Source: Escherichia coli (lineage in GTDB: Bacteria > Pseudomonadota > Gammaproteobacteria > Enterobacterales > Enterobacteriaceae). From it: a stretch of DNA of 64,000 nt. The notes beneath the pieces are model-generated. The model saw only the letters and a list, made by a program, of their open reading frames with translations, did not search any database and was not told the DNA's origin. The stretch lies in the NCBI RefSeq assembly GCF_013315695.1, contig NZ_CP054353.1. One strand, 5' to 3'. Shown piece after piece: positions 31,884 to 45,813 of the stretch. Position 1 is the stretch's first letter, and each line of letters opens with the position of its first letter. The translations under genes and the position numbers were made by a program.

Positions 31884-33404
31884 TTAAAGGTGCAAAGACG
31901 CAAGACGCAGAATTTCGTTTTGCGTTGTTGTTTTTGTATCGACAATTCCGGAAACGAGACCATTGCTCATGACCAGAATACGGTCTGTTATCCCTAACAA
32001 CTCAGGCATTTCAGAGGAGATAATAATAATCCCTTTGCCTTTCTTCGCCAGTTCGGCAATTAACTGATAGATCTCAAACTTCGCTCCGACATCAATACCG
32101 CGCGTCGGTTCATCGAGCATTAATATTTCTGGTTGCGTTAGTAGCCAGCGACCAATAATCACCTTTTGCTGATTACCGCCGGAGAGCGAACCAATTTGCG
32201 TCCGATGACCTGGCGTTTTTACCCGCATCGAATCAATGACCCACTGGGTATCGCTTTTCATCCGCGAATTATCCAGCAAGCCAACTTTGTTTTTGTAATT
32301 GCGAATATTGGAAATTAACGAGTTAAAGCCAATATCCAGATAGGCATAAATTCCCGTTGAGCGGCGCTCTTCAGTTACCAGTGCAAATCCGTGGTTTATG
32401 GCTTCGTTGGCATTATGGTTATTGATCTTTTTGCCGTGCAACGTAATGGTGCCAGCCGATTTCTCGCGAATACCAAATAACGTCTCAACAATATCGGTAC
32501 GTTTCGCTCCCACCAGACCGGCTATACCGAGAATCTCCCCTTTATGCAGATCAAACGAGACATCACGGATCGACGGCTGGCGCAGCGACGTCAGGTTACG
32601 CACTTCCAGAATCACTTCGCCCGGCTTGTTTTCTTTGTCAGGGAAACGCTGGTTAAGAGAACGCCCAACCATCATGGCGATGATCTTGTCCATCGTCAGC
32701 CCTGCCAGCGGTTCGGTAGCGATCCACTGACCGTCGCGCAATACGGTAACTTCATCACATAACTGGAAGATTTCTTCCATTTTATGCGAGATATAAACAA
32801 TACCGCAGCCGCGCTCTTTTAATTTACGAATAATAGTGAACAGATGATTGACCTCTTTTTCGGTTAACGAAGAAGTCGGTTCATCCATAATCACAATTTT
32901 CGCGTTATAGGAAAACGCTTTGGCGATTTCAATCATCTGCATTTGCGAAACGGATAATGTGCCGACGCGTGCACGCGGATCGATATCAATATCCAGTTCA
33001 TCAAAAATCGCTTTGGTTTCGCGGTACATTTTGTCTTGATCGACAAACATGCCTTTGGTGGGATATCGCCCCAGCCACATGTTATCCATCACCGAACGTT
33101 GTAATACCAGGTTTAACTCCTGGTGTACCATCGAAATACCATTTTCCAGCGCTTCTTTGGCAGAATGGAAATCGATCTCTTTACCCTGGAATAAAATGGT
33201 GCCGGAGTCTTTTTGATAAATACCAAACAGGCATTTTAATAATGTTGATTTTCCTGCGCCGTTTTCCCCCATTAATGCATGGATAGAATGTGGCCGGACT
33301 TTTAAATTAACGTTATCAAGTGCCTTAACACCAGGAAAAGACTTGTTGATACCGCTCATTTCCAACAAGTATTCCCCGGAAGACGGAGTCGTTGAGCTGA
33401 CCAT
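31884..33404 (-). CDS. mglA: Galactose/methyl-galactoside ABC transporter ATP-binding protein
   Basis: 506-aa duplicated ABC ATPase ([17 protein letters not shown]). Confidence 0.9.
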   Translation of the reverse strand: MVSSTTPSSGEYLLEMSGINKSFPGVKALDNVNLKVRPHSIHALMGENGAGKSTLLKCLFGIYQKDSGTILFQGKEIDFHSAKEALENGISMVHQELNLVLQRSVMDNMWLGRYPTKGMFVDQDKMYRETKAIFDELDIDIDPRARVGTLSVSQMQMIEIAKAFSYNAKIVIMDEPTSSLTEKEVNHLFTIIRKLKERGCGIVYISHKMEEIFQLCDEVTVLRDGQWIATEPLAGLTMDKIIAMMVGRSLNQRFPDKENKPGEVILEVRNLTSLRQPSIRDVSFDLHKGEILGIAGLVGAKRTDIVETLFGIREKSAGTITLHGKKINNHNANEAINHGFALVTEERRSTGIYAYLDIGFNSLISNIRNYKNKVGLLDNSRMKSDTQWVIDSMRVKTPGHRTQIGSLSGGNQQKVIIGRWLLTQPEILMLDEPTRGIDVGAKFEIYQLIAELAKKGKGIIIISSEMPELLGITDRILVMSNGLVSGIVDTKTTTQNEILRLASLHL

Positions 33405-33464
33405 ATAATTTTACCTTGTTGGCCATACAATAAGGGCGCAGTAAACGACTGCGCCCAATCAGTC

Positions 33465-34463
33465 TTATTTCTTGCTGAATTCAGCCAGGTTGTCTTTATC
33501 TACGCCAACATAAGGTACGCGGACCACTTTGTTGTCGATTTTCCAGTTGGTGCCATCAGCCGCACCTTTGCCATCGGCCAGGTTTTTCGCCAAATCAAAG
33601 GTCGCTTTCGCCTGGTTGTTAGCATCGTTCAGTACGGTGCCCGCCAGTGCACCGGATTTCACCAGCGCAAGCGCTTCTGGCAGCGCATCGACGCCAAACA
33701 CCGGAATGCTGGATTTGTTGTGTGCTTTCAGTGCTTCTACCGCGCCCATTGCCATCGCATCGTTGTTGGCGATAACCACTTCGATTTTGTTGGCGTTCGG
33801 GCCAGACAGCCAGGCGTCCATCTTATCTTTCGCCTGAGCGGTATCCCACATAGCGGTATCTAACTGTAACTGTTCAGTTTTGATGCCTTTGTCGTTCAAT
33901 TCTTTAATCACGTAAGTGGTACGTGCTTCTGCATCCGGATGGCCCGGCTCACCTTTCAGCAGTACGAATTGAATCTGACCGTCTTTGTTCAGATCCCAAC
34001 CCTGATTCGCCGCCCAGTGTTTAGCAATCAAATCGCCCTGAATAATGCCGGACTCTTTGGAGTCAGTGCCAACGTAGTAGGCTTTGTCGTAGCTATCCAG
34101 CGCCTTACGAGACGGTTCTTTGTTGAAGAAAACCACCGGCACGTTTTGCCCACGCGCTTTCTCAATCACCGTACCCGCAGCTGCCGGGTCAACCAGGTTG
34201 ATTGCCAGTGCCTTCACCCCTTTCGCCAGCAATACGTCGATCTGATCGTTCTGCTTGGACTGGTCATTCTGAGAATCATTCATCAGCAGCTGAACATCTG
34301 GCGCGGCTTTCGCATCTTGCTCAATAGCCTTGCGCACCACAGACATAAAGTTATCGTCGTACTTGTAGATTGTTACACCAATGCGAGTATCAGCGGCGTG
34401 TGCAGCGGCACCGAATAACATGCTGGCCATCACAGCAGACAGGGTTAACACCTTCTTATTCAT
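33465..34463 (-). CDS. mglB: Periplasmic D-galactose/D-glucose-binding protein
   Basis: 332-aa protein with signal peptide; recognised MglB sequence. Confidence 0.9.
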   Translation of the reverse strand: MNKKVLTLSAVMASMLFGAAAHAADTRIGVTIYKYDDNFMSVVRKAIEQDAKAAPDVQLLMNDSQNDQSKQNDQIDVLLAKGVKALAINLVDPAAAGTVIEKARGQNVPVVFFNKEPSRKALDSYDKAYYVGTDSKESGIIQGDLIAKHWAANQGWDLNKDGQIQFVLLKGEPGHPDAEARTTYVIKELNDKGIKTEQLQLDTAMWDTAQAKDKMDAWLSGPNANKIEVVIANNDAMAMGAVEALKAHNKSSIPVFGVDALPEALALVKSGALAGTVLNDANNQAKATFDLAKNLADGKGAADGTNWKIDNKVVRVPYVGVDKDNLAEFSKK

Positions 34464-34714
34464 GGTATCTCCGGTTTTTCTTATGCAGGGTAGTGCTTGA
34501 GATAAATGCTCGGCGGGGCAGTAGAGTTAATGAAGTGTTACTGAACGCCGAAGCTCACTTTTTAAAATTCGTTCTTCCATGCCCGGTAACGCTCCAGAAA
34601 ACGGCTTTAATTGTTGTTATGACGCTATTACCTCGGTGAAAGTGATTATTCACTGTTACATACGGGTTACAACGTTAAAACGGTGCAATCATAGCTATCA
34701 CATTGTTAAGATAC

Positions 34715-34730
34715 TGTGAAATCACTCACA
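34715..34730. promoter_or_regulatory. CRP-binding site (perfect consensus half-sites)
   Basis: TGTGA-aatcac-TCACA upstream of mglB. Confidence 0.6.
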
Positions 34731-34732
34731 GA

Positions 34733-34748
34733 TTGAAAGCGGTTACAT
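34733..34748. promoter_or_regulatory. GalR/GalS-type operator
   Basis: TTGAAAGCGGTTACAT resembles gal operator half-palindromes (..AGCGGTTACAT); overlaps galS stop, adjacent to CRP site. Confidence 0.45.
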
Positions 34749-35783
34749 CGCCTGATTTGTTGAGTTAGTGATCGCCGCCGCATTCTGGCGCGTTGCGACA
34801 GAATGACGACGCACTAACGTTGGCATAAAACAGTGGCTGGCACGAGGATCAATATTGCCTGCTGCCCCCTGCAAGGCCAGTTCGGTGGCTAATTTAGCCA
34901 TTGAAGCAATGGGATAACGCACGGTCGTTAATTGCGGGTCGGTGTAACGGGCGATGGGAATATCATCGAAACCGATGATTGAGAGATGTAACGGAATCGC
35001 AATGCCATTATCTTTTAATGCTGTCAGTGCGCCAGCAGCCATATTGTCGTTATAAGCAAATACAGCGGTAAGTTGTAGATTGCGCCCCAGCAGTTCAACC
35101 ATCGCCGCCTCACCGCCCGGCATGTCCGGCGTGCCAGTGCCAATCCAGCTTTCCGGCGGAATAATATCCTGCTCTTTCAACGCACTCATCCAGCCTGCTT
35201 TACGCATGGCGTCATCTTCAATGCCGTGACTGGAAGAAAGATAACCAATACGTTGATGACCGTTATTCAGCAACATGCGCGTCGCCATTCGGGCACCGCT
35301 GAGATTATCCAGGCAAACGCAACGATGGGCGTACCCCGGCACAACGCGGTTGATTAACACCATACCGGGAATGTTATCCATAAATTGTGCCAGTTCATCA
35401 TCACTCAATGCTTTTGAGTGAACAATCAACGCATTACAACGCTGGCGAATTAACACCTCAATGGCGTGACGCTCTTTTTCCGCTTCATGATAGCTATTGC
35501 CTATTAGCACGTATTTCTGATGCTGCTGAGCGACCAAATCCACCGCTTTTACCAGCGCACCAAAAAACGCATCAGAAACGTCCATCACCACCACGCCAAT
35601 GGTATCGCTAACCTGAGTTGCCAGCGCCTGGGCATTGGCGTTTGGCCGATAATCCAGCTCACTCACGGCTTTCATTACTGCTTCACGCGTGTCGGCACTG
35701 ACCAGCGTGCTGTTATTGAGCACCCGGGAAACCGTTGCCACAGAGACGCCAGCCTGACGCGCTACATCACGAATGGTGATCAT
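34743..35783 (-). CDS. galS: Galactose isorepressor GalS (LacI family)
   Basis: N-terminal [26 protein letters not shown]; K-12 synteny. Confidence 0.9.
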   Translation of the reverse strand: MITIRDVARQAGVSVATVSRVLNNSTLVSADTREAVMKAVSELDYRPNANAQALATQVSDTIGVVVMDVSDAFFGALVKAVDLVAQQHQKYVLIGNSYHEAEKERHAIEVLIRQRCNALIVHSKALSDDELAQFMDNIPGMVLINRVVPGYAHRCVCLDNLSGARMATRMLLNNGHQRIGYLSSSHGIEDDAMRKAGWMSALKEQDIIPPESWIGTGTPDMPGGEAAMVELLGRNLQLTAVFAYNDNMAAGALTALKDNGIAIPLHLSIIGFDDIPIARYTDPQLTTVRYPIASMAKLATELALQGAAGNIDPRASHCFMPTLVRRHSVATRQNAAAITNSTNQAM

Positions 35784-35924
35784 ATTCACTACCTGTTATG
35801 AGATTGCAGTAAATGACTGCTTGCTGGCGGCTATTTTGTCAGCACTGAATACAGGACTTCGTGAATCGAGTCACAGCAATGGAAACGGTTACAGCCGTTT
35901 TGTTAACGAATGTGATCCAGATCG

Positions 35925-37082
35925 TTATCTTGATGTTTTAGATATTGCCGGTCCGGCAGCACGCAAAGTTAACTGACGCCAGAGCCATTCCACCGGCCCC
36001 TGGCGGAAGTAACGCAGCCAGATAACAGAGAAGAAGATATTCGCCAGCCATACCGGAATAACAAACGCCAGCAGCTCCAGACGGTCAAACTGCATAAACA
36101 AACCGAGGTGGTAAAAAAGCGTAGTACAAATCAGCGTTTGCAATAGATAGTTGGTCAGTGCCATCCGTCCGACACAGGCGATTGCCAGCACCAGCTTAAA
36201 GCGGCTTAATTGCGGCCAGAAGCCATAAAACAGCGACGCATAGCCAATCGCTTGAAACGGCGCACTCAGTTCCCGCGGCATTTGAAGTAAGAAGGCACAC
36301 CAGCGATACGCCCAGTCTAGCTGCCATTGCAGGGCGATGGCAGGAAGGTTAATGGTCACCCCAATCGCCACCAGCACAAAACCAGTACGACGATAGTGAC
36401 GTAAGCTGAACTGCCCTTTCAGCCAGCCGCTGCGCATCAGCGCCGCACCAATGAGCATCATCCCTGCCAGTTGCCAGCCATACTGTGCGCCCAGTGCCAG
36501 TAAACTGTTGCCAACACCATCGGCACGATTACTGATCGCTTCAACGCCGCCGTGAAGCTTCCAGTATTTTTCATACAAAATAGCCGATGCATCCGGCGTC
36601 CAGGCGCGGCTGGTCTGGCTGTCGGAAATCAGCCCCAATAACAGCAAAACGCCAAGCCCCACCAGATAAAGCATGACGCCTGTATTAAACAGGCTTTTTA
36701 CCGATGGCGCATCGCGCACCAGCCGCCAGCAGATTAAGCCCACCAGCCCGTAAGCCAGCAGAATATCGCCGTCCCAGAACAATAAACCGTGAATAAAGCC
36801 CAGCAAGACTAACAGCGTTAACCGCGACTGGATCCAGCGTCTGCCACGGGGCAGCAACATTTGCAGGCCCGCCCCAAACAGCAGAGCAAAAAGCGTGAGG
36901 AATTTCACCTGGCCGATGAGATCGAGAAATGCCCAGGTCCATGCATCCTGCGACGTAATAGCGCCGTACCAGGCGGGATTGAGATAAGCCGCCTTTGGTA
37001 GCCCAAAGGCGCTGATGTTTAATAGCAGGATCCCCAGAATGGCGACGCCGCGAACAAAATCGAGCGTGACGTTGCGCTCCAT
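35925..37082 (-). CDS. yeiB: DUF418 inner-membrane protein YeiB
   Basis: 385-aa multi-TM ORF; K-12 synteny. Confidence 0.8.
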   Translation of the reverse strand: MERNVTLDFVRGVAILGILLLNISAFGLPKAAYLNPAWYGAITSQDAWTWAFLDLIGQVKFLTLFALLFGAGLQMLLPRGRRWIQSRLTLLVLLGFIHGLLFWDGDILLAYGLVGLICWRLVRDAPSVKSLFNTGVMLYLVGLGVLLLLGLISDSQTSRAWTPDASAILYEKYWKLHGGVEAISNRADGVGNSLLALGAQYGWQLAGMMLIGAALMRSGWLKGQFSLRHYRRTGFVLVAIGVTINLPAIALQWQLDWAYRWCAFLLQMPRELSAPFQAIGYASLFYGFWPQLSRFKLVLAIACVGRMALTNYLLQTLICTTLFYHLGLFMQFDRLELLAFVIPVWLANIFFSVIWLRYFRQGPVEWLWRQLTLRAAGPAISKTSR

Positions 37083-37098
37083 GGTTCCTGTCTTTTAA

Positions 37099-37767
37099 TC
37101 AGTTGTGATGACGCACAGCGCGCAGAAACTCGTGGCGCGTATTCTGACTGGATTTGAACAATCCACCAAGAGAAGTCGTTGTTGTGGCACTGGTTGCGTC
37201 GCGGATGCCACGCGCTTTCACGCAGTAATGCACCGCGTCGATAGAGACAGCCACGTTATTGGTGCCCAGCAGCGTTTGTAGCGCAATGAGAATTTGCTGG
37301 GTCAGACGTTCCTGCACCTGCGGACGTTGGGCAAAGAACTGCACGATGCGGTTAATTTTTGACAGACCGATCACCGAATCTTTCGGGATATAAGCCACCG
37401 TCGCTTTGCCATCGATGGTAACAAAATGGTGTTCACAGGTGCTGGTCAGGGTGATATCGCGCACGGTGACCATTTCATCGACCTTCATTTTGTTTTCAAT
37501 GAGGGTGATTTTCGGGAAATTGGCGTAATCCAGACCGGAGAAAATTTCATCGACATACATTTTAGCGATGCGATGCGGCGTTTCCATCAAACTGTCATCA
37601 GCCAGGTCGAGATTCAGCAGCTGCATGATTTCGGTCATATGACCAGCAATAAGGCTTTTGCGCGTTTCGTTATCCATTTCATGCACGGGCGGGCGCAGCG
37701 GTGTTTCCAGTCCTCGCGCAACTAACGCTTCATGAACCAGGGCCGCTTCTTTACTGAGTGATGGCAT
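37099..37767 (-). CDS. folE: GTP cyclohydrolase I
   Basis: 222-aa protein; recognised FolE sequence with catalytic Cys/His region (TSTCEHHF). Confidence 0.9.
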
Positions 37768-37991
37768 TTATGATTTCTCCTGCAGGTGTGACGCCTCCGC
37801 CCTGCGTGGGGGCAAAGTTATTAAGCTGATTTACAGCCTGATTATTGTGCGTGAGGCGGCGCACATAATCCAGTATTCACAGCGATAATTATTGTAATTG
37901 CCGCTGCCTTTCATCAGCAGATGTTAAAACATCGTTATGCAAATACGGAAGTGAAAGTTACTCACAGCACATTGAATAAACGGTATGATGA

Positions 37992-38861
<870 letters not shown>

Positions 38862-38892
38862 AAGTCCGCCCGGTTCGCCGGGCATCTTCTCA

Positions 38893-40884
38893 TCAGAAGC
38901 GATAATCCACTGCCATAAAGTAACGACGTCCGTCTTCGTTATAGCTGTAGTCGTCACGACTGAGATCCTTGTCGCCAAGGTTCAGCACGCCTGCGCGCAG
39001 TTTGACGTCTTTAGTTACCTGCCAGGCCGCACCGGTATTCCAGATGGTATAACCGCCCGGTGTTTTAGCCGTCGCGCTGTCGGCGCGTTTCTGCCCGGTA
39101 TAGTGACCAGAAACATAGAATGACCAGTCTTCCAGCGCCAGCGGTTTCCAGTCCAGCGTACCGTTAGCAGTATGGAACGGCAGATCGGATAGCGGTTTGT
39201 TTTCGCCGTTGCTGACATCACGACCATCGTTGTAGGTGTAGTTGAGTGACAGTTTCCATTCATCGTTGAACGGAATTTTCAGCTCGGTTTCCACGCCCTG
39301 AATACGTGCTTTGTTAACGTTGTAGTAGCTGAATACCGGTATGCGCCGTCCGTTAGCGCCCGTCTCAAAACCGACAAAGTTTTGGTAGCCCGGTGCAGCA
39401 TTGACGTCAGACGTACGGCTGATGCTGATGCGATCTTTCACATCGTTACGGAAAACGGTAACGCTGGACTCCACCCCTTCCAGCCAGCCTTCTTCACCCA
39501 TGTAGTAAAGCCCCAGCTCCCAACTTTCGCTGGTTTCTGGTTTCAGATCCGGGCTACCCACAATCTTACATGCGCCACGGCAGGAATTGCTCGTCCAGTC
39601 AGGGCTAAGTTGCAACAGAGAAGGCGCTTTAAATGCCGTCGCCCAGCCCCCTTTCACCGTTACGGTGTCGGTGGCGTTATAAACCAGGTAGGCACGCGGA
39701 CTCCAGTGTTCACCGTAGGTTTCATGATCGTCCATACGTACGCCGGTCGTCAGCGCCAGCGGCTCGAAGATCCGCCATTCATCTTCCACAAACAGCGCGT
39801 ACTGGCTGGCAGATGTTTTGGAGCTGGTTCCCCCTGTCAGGTTCACCTCATCGCTAAGTTTGTCGTGACGCCATTCACCGCCAACCGTGAGAAACTGATT
39901 AATCGCCGTTAACGGCAACGTGTATTTGCCGTCGACCGTATTGCTTTCGGAAGTTATCGGGCTGCTGTTGCCGGGGTTTTTGTTCTCGACTTTCTCACCG
40001 TAGTATTTCAGTTCGCTGGTGCCGTAATCCCAACGCCCATTATGGCTAACGGAGTAGTTCTGGCGTTCCAGGCGGTTTTTGTCCAGCGAGTCGGAATCAC
40101 GATCCTGACGGTCGAAACCGTATCCGGCAGTAAAATCGTGATTTTGATTCGGTGTCCAGGCAAATTCGACATTGCCGTCGCGGCTGGAGAATCCTTCAAT
40201 ACGCGGCGTTTCTCCGGTATCGGTGGTCGTTGAGTTTTGCGGGTCATCCTTTTCACGTTTTGCCAGGCTGCCGTAAGCTTTCATTCCCAGCACGCCGTCA
40301 ATTAATGGTCCGCTGGTAAAGAACTGACCGTTATAGGTATCACCGCGATCGCGATGTTCCTGAACGGTGGTATCGACGGTAACGGTGCCCGACCATTTCT
40401 GACCGATTTTTTTGGTGATGATATTCACTACACCGCCGAGCGCATCGGAACCGTACAGCGACGACATCGGACCACGGACCACTTCAATACGTTCGATGGA
40501 ATCGACCGGGATCCAGTTCAGATCGAAATCATTGTGGCGGAAGACGGCATTGCGGGAGTTAACGCGTTTACCGTCGACAAGAATCAGGGTGTAGCTGCTG
40601 TCCAGACCACGAATACTTACGCCCTTACGGTTATCCCCTTCGTTCGTCAGTTGTACGCCAGGCACTTCTTTGAGGACATCCTTCAGATTCTGTACCGGTT
40701 TTCGCTGCAGGTCTTCCTAGGTAATGACGCTGATACTGGCGGGTGCATCTTTAAGGTTTTGCTCAACGGAAGATGCAGTGACAACCATCGTTTCGCCATC
40801 ATCATCGACCGCTAACACAGGCCATGCACAAGAAATAGCGGACAAACACAGCCCGACCCGTACGAAAGGGTTCAACCTAAACAT
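38893..40884 (-). pseudogene. cirA: cirA (catecholate siderophore / colicin Ia-Ib receptor) interrupted by in-frame amber codon
   Basis: Reading frame from ATG at 40884 encodes the CirA signal peptide and TonB box (ETMVVTA) then TAG at codon 56 (minus-strand codon 40719-40717) where K-12 has Gln, as I recall; the rest of the 663-codon frame is intact. Confidence 0.7.
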
Positions 40885-41176
40885 TCCATATCTCCATGAG
40901 GTAACTACGAAAATAAAATGGGTTATCGCTCACATCTTCTTCATGTCCCCTTGCGTACGGCAGCATCGCGGTGGACTTATTTGTATGCAGGTGATCATCC
41001 CAGAAAGCCGGAACAGCCTCTGATTTGTCAGCCTTTTTTGATTGCGGCGTAACGATAATGCAAACGATAACAATTATCAATCCAAATGTTAAATTTTATA
41101 TCCGCATGATTTGTCAGGGAAATGGAATTGAAAAAGCCCTCTCGGTTGAGAGGGCTTAGCAAGGAAGGGAGGAAAC

Positions 41177-42646
41177 TTATTTCTTATCGTTCTGCGGGAA
41201 CTTCATTTCGCTGTAACGTACGAAGTGTGTTCCTTTAATCAGCTTGTAGCCGAACCAAATAATCAGGAACAGCGGGATACCAATATACGTTGCCGCTACG
41301 CCGCCCCAGTCAATGGTATCTTTCAGGAACGCTTCGTAGTTCTGGCCCAAAGTGATAATCAGACACAGAATGAATGCGAAGATCGGCCCCAGTGGGAAGA
41401 AACCTGAACGGTACGGCAGATCGTTAATGTCGTGTCCCTGCAATACGTAACCGCGACGGAAGCGGTAGTGGCTAATGGCAATCCCCAGCCAGGCGATAAA
41501 ACCCGTCATCCCGGAGGTGTTCAGCAGCCACAGGTATACCGTCTGGTTGCCAAACATGGAGGTCAGGAAGCACAGACCGGCAATCACCGTCGTCGCATAC
41601 AGCGCATTACGCGGCACGCCACCACGCGACAGTTTAGCGAAAATGCGCGGCGCTTTACCGTCACACGCCAGGGTGTACAGCATACGAGTAGACGCATACA
41701 TACCGGAGTTACCCGCTGACAGCACCGCCGTCAGAATAACTGCGTTCATCACCGCCGCCGCAGAGAGCAGACCCGCGTGCTGGAACACCAGGGTGAACGG
41801 ACTAACGCTGATGTCTTTAACATCGTTACGCAGCAGGCTCGGATCGGTGTACGGAATAATCAGGCTGATAATCAGGATCGCGAACACATAGAACAACAGG
41901 ATTCGCCAGAATACCTGACGTACCGCGCGTGGAATGTTTTTCGCCGGATCTTCGGACTCGCCTGCAGCAATACCGATCAGCTCGGTTCCCTGGAAAGAGA
42001 AGCCGACAATCATAGCTACGCCGATCATCGCCGCAAAACCACCAGCAAACGGCGCTTCGCCGATTGTCCAGTTGCTCCAGCCCGCAGGCTGCGCGCCTTT
42101 GAAGATACCGATAATCATCAGCACGCCAACGATGATAAAGACAATAACTGTCGTGACTTTGATCAGTGAGAACCAGTATTCCGCTTCACCAAAGCCACGA
42201 ACTGAGATGTAGTTCAGCAGGAAGATAACGCCGAGGAACAGCGCACTCCAGATCCAGCCCGGTGTATCCGGGAACCACCAGCTCATGACCAGCTGTGCTG
42301 CAACCAGGTCAACGGCGATAGTCACCGCCCAGTTGTACCAGTAGTTCCAGCCCAGCGCGAAGCCAAAGCCTTCTTCAACATAGTTCTGACCATAAGTGGC
42401 AAACGAACCGGAAACCGGCATATATGCAGCCAGTTCACCGAGACTGGTCATCAGGAAGTAAACCATCAGGCCAATCAGCATATACGAGAGCAATGCCCCG
42501 CCCGGACCTGCCTGAGAAATCGTTGCGCCAGAGGCAACAAAAAGACCTGTACCGATGGAACCGCCAATGGCAATCATCGTCAGGTGACGCGCCTTTAATT
42601 CACGGCGTAAGCCCGGCGCTTCTGTAGTTTTAGTTTCGGAACCCAT
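41177..42646 (-). CDS. lysP: Lysine-specific permease
   Basis: 489-aa APC-family transporter; recognised LysP. Confidence 0.9.
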   Translation of the reverse strand: MGSETKTTEAPGLRRELKARHLTMIAIGGSIGTGLFVASGATISQAGPGGALLSYMLIGLMVYFLMTSLGELAAYMPVSGSFATYGQNYVEEGFGFALGWNYWYNWAVTIAVDLVAAQLVMSWWFPDTPGWIWSALFLGVIFLLNYISVRGFGEAEYWFSLIKVTTVIVFIIVGVLMIIGIFKGAQPAGWSNWTIGEAPFAGGFAAMIGVAMIVGFSFQGTELIGIAAGESEDPAKNIPRAVRQVFWRILLFYVFAILIISLIIPYTDPSLLRNDVKDISVSPFTLVFQHAGLLSAAAVMNAVILTAVLSAGNSGMYASTRMLYTLACDGKAPRIFAKLSRGGVPRNALYATTVIAGLCFLTSMFGNQTVYLWLLNTSGMTGFIAWLGIAISHYRFRRGYVLQGHDINDLPYRSGFFPLGPIFAFILCLIITLGQNYEAFLKDTIDWGGVAATYIGIPLFLIIWFGYKLIKGTHFVRYSEMKFPQNDKK

Positions 42647-42850
42647 ACAAAAATGCTATCCATCTTAAAAATGAGGCGCGATTGTAGCAGACGATTGGCA
42701 ATCCTTCCGGCAGAAATACACGGTTATAAGACACCTTCATGATCGCCCAGGGATTATAAGTAAAGCAGCCAATCTCTTTTCTGGCGAATGCATGCTGAGG
42801 GCGCTGCGTCACGAAATCGACACAGCACCAGCATGTTCTTGTACAGCAAC

Positions 42851-43732
42851 TTAACGCGGTACATTCGCGGGATCGCAATAGTCCAGGAAGCGCCGTAGCG
42901 CGTTGGAAAGGTGTTTTTGCCGATGATGTATACGCCACAACGTACGCATCAGGCGCGGAAGAGGGACCGCAACTTCACTTAATGTGCCTGCCTGCAATTG
43001 ATCTTCAATCACCCGTCGCGACAGGCAACTAATACCCAACCCATGACGCACCGCATGTTTGATTGCCTCGGAGTTACCTAATTCCATCGCCATCTCAAAC
43101 TTCGGTAAATGTGACAGCAACAGATAATCGACAATCTCCCGCGTGCCGGAACCGCGTTCACGCAGGATCCACGGCGCAGCGGCCAGCTGTTCTAAGGTGA
43201 CCGGACCACGAGCCAATGGCGAAGTCGGCGCGGCGAAAACCACCAGCTCGTCTTCCAGCCACGGTTCAGAGATGATTTCAGTGCTGTGGCACGGTCCTTC
43301 AATAAAGCCAATATCAACGCGGAAGTCCAGCACCGCTTGCATCACGTCCTGGCTGTTCCCAACGCTAAGTTCAATCGGCAACTGCGGATAATCATGGCGA
43401 TAACGGGCGATAACTGCAGGCAGAATATAGTTACCGATGGTACTACTGGCATAGATACGAATCGCGCCGTTGTCTTCGCGAAACAGTTGTTCGATTTCAA
43501 CTGCCTGTTCAAGCAGTGCCAACGCTCGCGGATAGAGCAGCCGCCCGTGTTCATTAACAACCAGTCTTTTCCCCACGCGATCAAACAGTTGAACGCCAAG
43601 CTGCCCTTCCAGGTCGGTCAAGGCTGCGCTCACTGCTGATTGCGACAACGCCAGCATCACCGACGCCTGGGTGGTTGATCCACTTTTCAATACTTCTGCA
43701 AAAACTTCCAACTGCCGGAGGGTGATGTGCAT
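42851..43732 (-). CDS. yeiE: LysR-family transcriptional regulator YeiE
   Basis: 293-aa with N-terminal LysR HTH; divergent from yeiH. Confidence 0.85.
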
Positions 43733-43830
43733 AGTCGCTTACCACTTATAAAGATTAATTATAAATATATAATCAATTTTATTTTTAAACCAGTTAGTCG
43801 TAACCTTATGCCCGGTTAAAGGAGAGGGTT

Positions 43831-44880
43831 ATGACGAATATCACCTTACAGAAACAACATCGTACACTGTGGCATTTTATTCCGGGGTTAGCCCTGAGTG
43901 CAGTTATCACCGGGGTCGCCCTGTGGGGTGGTTCCATTCCCGCGGTTGCGGGTGCCGGGTTTAGTGCCCTCACCCTCGCAATTTTGTTGGGGATGGTTTT
44001 AGGCAACACCATCTATCCGCACATCTGGAAAAGCTGTGACGGTGGTGTGCTGTTTGCCAAGCAATATTTATTACGTCTGGGTATCATTCTTTATGGCTTC
44101 CGTCTGACGTTCTCGCAAATTGCCGATGTCGGTATCAGTGGGATCATCATTGACGTGCTGACGCTGTCCAGTACCTTCCTGCTGGCTTGCTTCCTGGGGC
44201 AGAAAGTGTTTGGTCTGGATAAGCACACCAGCTGGTTGATCGGTGCCGGTAGCAGTATCTGTGGTGCTGCCGCGGTACTGGCGACTGAGCCGGTAGTGAA
44301 AGCAGAAGCCAGTAAAGTAACCGTGGCTGTTGCAACCGTTGTTATCTTCGGGACCGTCGCGATTTTCCTCTACCCGGCGATATATCCGCTGATGTCTCAA
44401 TGGTTTAGTCCGGAAACTTTCGGTATCTACATTGGTTCTACTGTGCACGAAGTGGCGCAGGTGGTGGCGGCAGGTCATGCCATCAGCCCGGATGCAGAAA
44501 ACGCAGCAGTTATTTCCAAAATGCTGCGCGTGATGATGCTGGCTCCGTTCCTCATCCTGCTGGCGGCGCGTGTTAAACAGCTGTCTGGGGCGAACAGCGG
44601 CGAGAAAAGCAAAATCACTATTCCGTGGTTTGCCATCTTGTTCATCGTAGTTGCCATCTTTAACTCGTTCCACCTGTTACCGCAGAGCGTAGTGAATATG
44701 CTGGTAACGCTGGATACCTTCCTGCTGGCAATGGCGATGGCGGCGCTGGGTCTGACCACTCACGTCAGCGCGCTGAAAAAAGCCGGGGCGAAACCTCTGC
44801 TGATGGCTCTGGTACTGTTTGCCTGGCTGATTGTTGGTGGTGGTGCGATTAACTATGTGATTCAAAGCGTCATCGCATAA
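43831..44880 (+). CDS. yeiH: UPF0324 inner-membrane protein YeiH
   Basis: 349-aa multi-TM ORF; K-12 synteny. Confidence 0.85.
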   Translation: MTNITLQKQHRTLWHFIPGLALSAVITGVALWGGSIPAVAGAGFSALTLAILLGMVLGNTIYPHIWKSCDGGVLFAKQYLLRLGIILYGFRLTFSQIADVGISGIIIDVLTLSSTFLLACFLGQKVFGLDKHTSWLIGAGSSICGAAAVLATEPVVKAEASKVTVAVATVVIFGTVAIFLYPAIYPLMSQWFSPETFGIYIGSTVHEVAQVVAAGHAISPDAENAAVISKMLRVMMLAPFLILLAARVKQLSGANSGEKSKITIPWFAILFIVVAIFNSFHLLPQSVVNMLVTLDTFLLAMAMAALGLTTHVSALKKAGAKPLLMALVLFAWLIVGGGAINYVIQSVIA

Positions 44881-44953
44881 ACCACTACATCTTGCTCCTG
44901 TTAACCCGCTATCATTACCGTTTTCCTCCAGCGGGTTTAACAGGAGTCCTCGC

Positions 44954-45811
44954 ATGAAATACATTGGAGCGCACGTTAGTGCTGCTGGCGGTCTGGCAAA
45001 TGCCGCAATTCGCGCCGCCGAAATCGACGCAACCGCGTTTGCCTTGTTCACCAAAAACCAACGTCAGTGGCGTGCCGCACCGCTCACGACGCAAACCATC
45101 GATGAATTCAAAGCCGCCTGTGAAAAATATCACTACACATCGGCGCAAATTCTTCCCCACGACAGTTATCTGATTAACCTCGGACATCCGGTCGCTGAAG
45201 CTCTGGAAAAATCGCGCGATGCGTTTATCGATGAAATGCAGCGTTGCGAACAGCTGGGGCTTTCTTTGCTCAACTTCCACCCTGGCAGCCATCTGATGCA
45301 GATTTCAGAAGAGGATTGCCTTGCGCGTATTGCCGAATCCATCAACATTGCGCTGGATAAAACTCATGGTGTGACAGCGGTGATTGAAAACACCGCCGGT
45401 CAGGGCAGTAACTTAGGGTTTAAATTCGAACATCTCGCGGCGATTATCGACGGCGTGGAAGATAAATCCCGCGTCGGCGTCTGCATTGATACCTGCCATG
45501 CTTTCGCTGCCGGGTATGATTTGCGTACTTCTGCCGAATGCGAGAAAACGTTCGCGGATTTTGCCCGTATTGTCGGCTTTAAGTATCTGCGCGGGATGCA
45601 CCTTAACGATGCGAAAAGCACCTTTGGCAGCCGCGTTGACCGCCATCATAGCCTCGGTGAAGGCAATATCGGTCATGATGCGTTCCGCTGGATCATGCAG
45701 GACGACCGTTTCGACGGCATTCCGCTGATCCTTGAAACCATCAACCCGGATATCTGGGCAGAAGAGATCGCCTGGCTGAAAGCGCAACAAACTGAAAAAG
45801 CGGTAGCCTGA
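44954..45811 (+). CDS. nfo: Endonuclease IV
   Basis: 285-aa TIM-barrel AP endonuclease; recognised Nfo sequence. Confidence 0.9.
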   Translation: MKYIGAHVSAAGGLANAAIRAAEIDATAFALFTKNQRQWRAAPLTTQTIDEFKAACEKYHYTSAQILPHDSYLINLGHPVAEALEKSRDAFIDEMQRCEQLGLSLLNFHPGSHLMQISEEDCLARIAESINIALDKTHGVTAVIENTAGQGSNLGFKFEHLAAIIDGVEDKSRVGVCIDTCHAFAAGYDLRTSAECEKTFADFARIVGFKYLRGMHLNDAKSTFGSRVDRHHSLGEGNIGHDAFRWIMQDDRFDGIPLILETINPDIWAEEIAWLKAQQTEKAVA

Positions 45812-45813
45812 AG

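Noticed and set aside
40666-40884. Separate small gene encoding a ~55-aa secreted peptide upstream of cirA
   Set aside because: It is the N-terminal signal peptide/TonB-box segment of cirA in the same frame, separated only by the amber codon.
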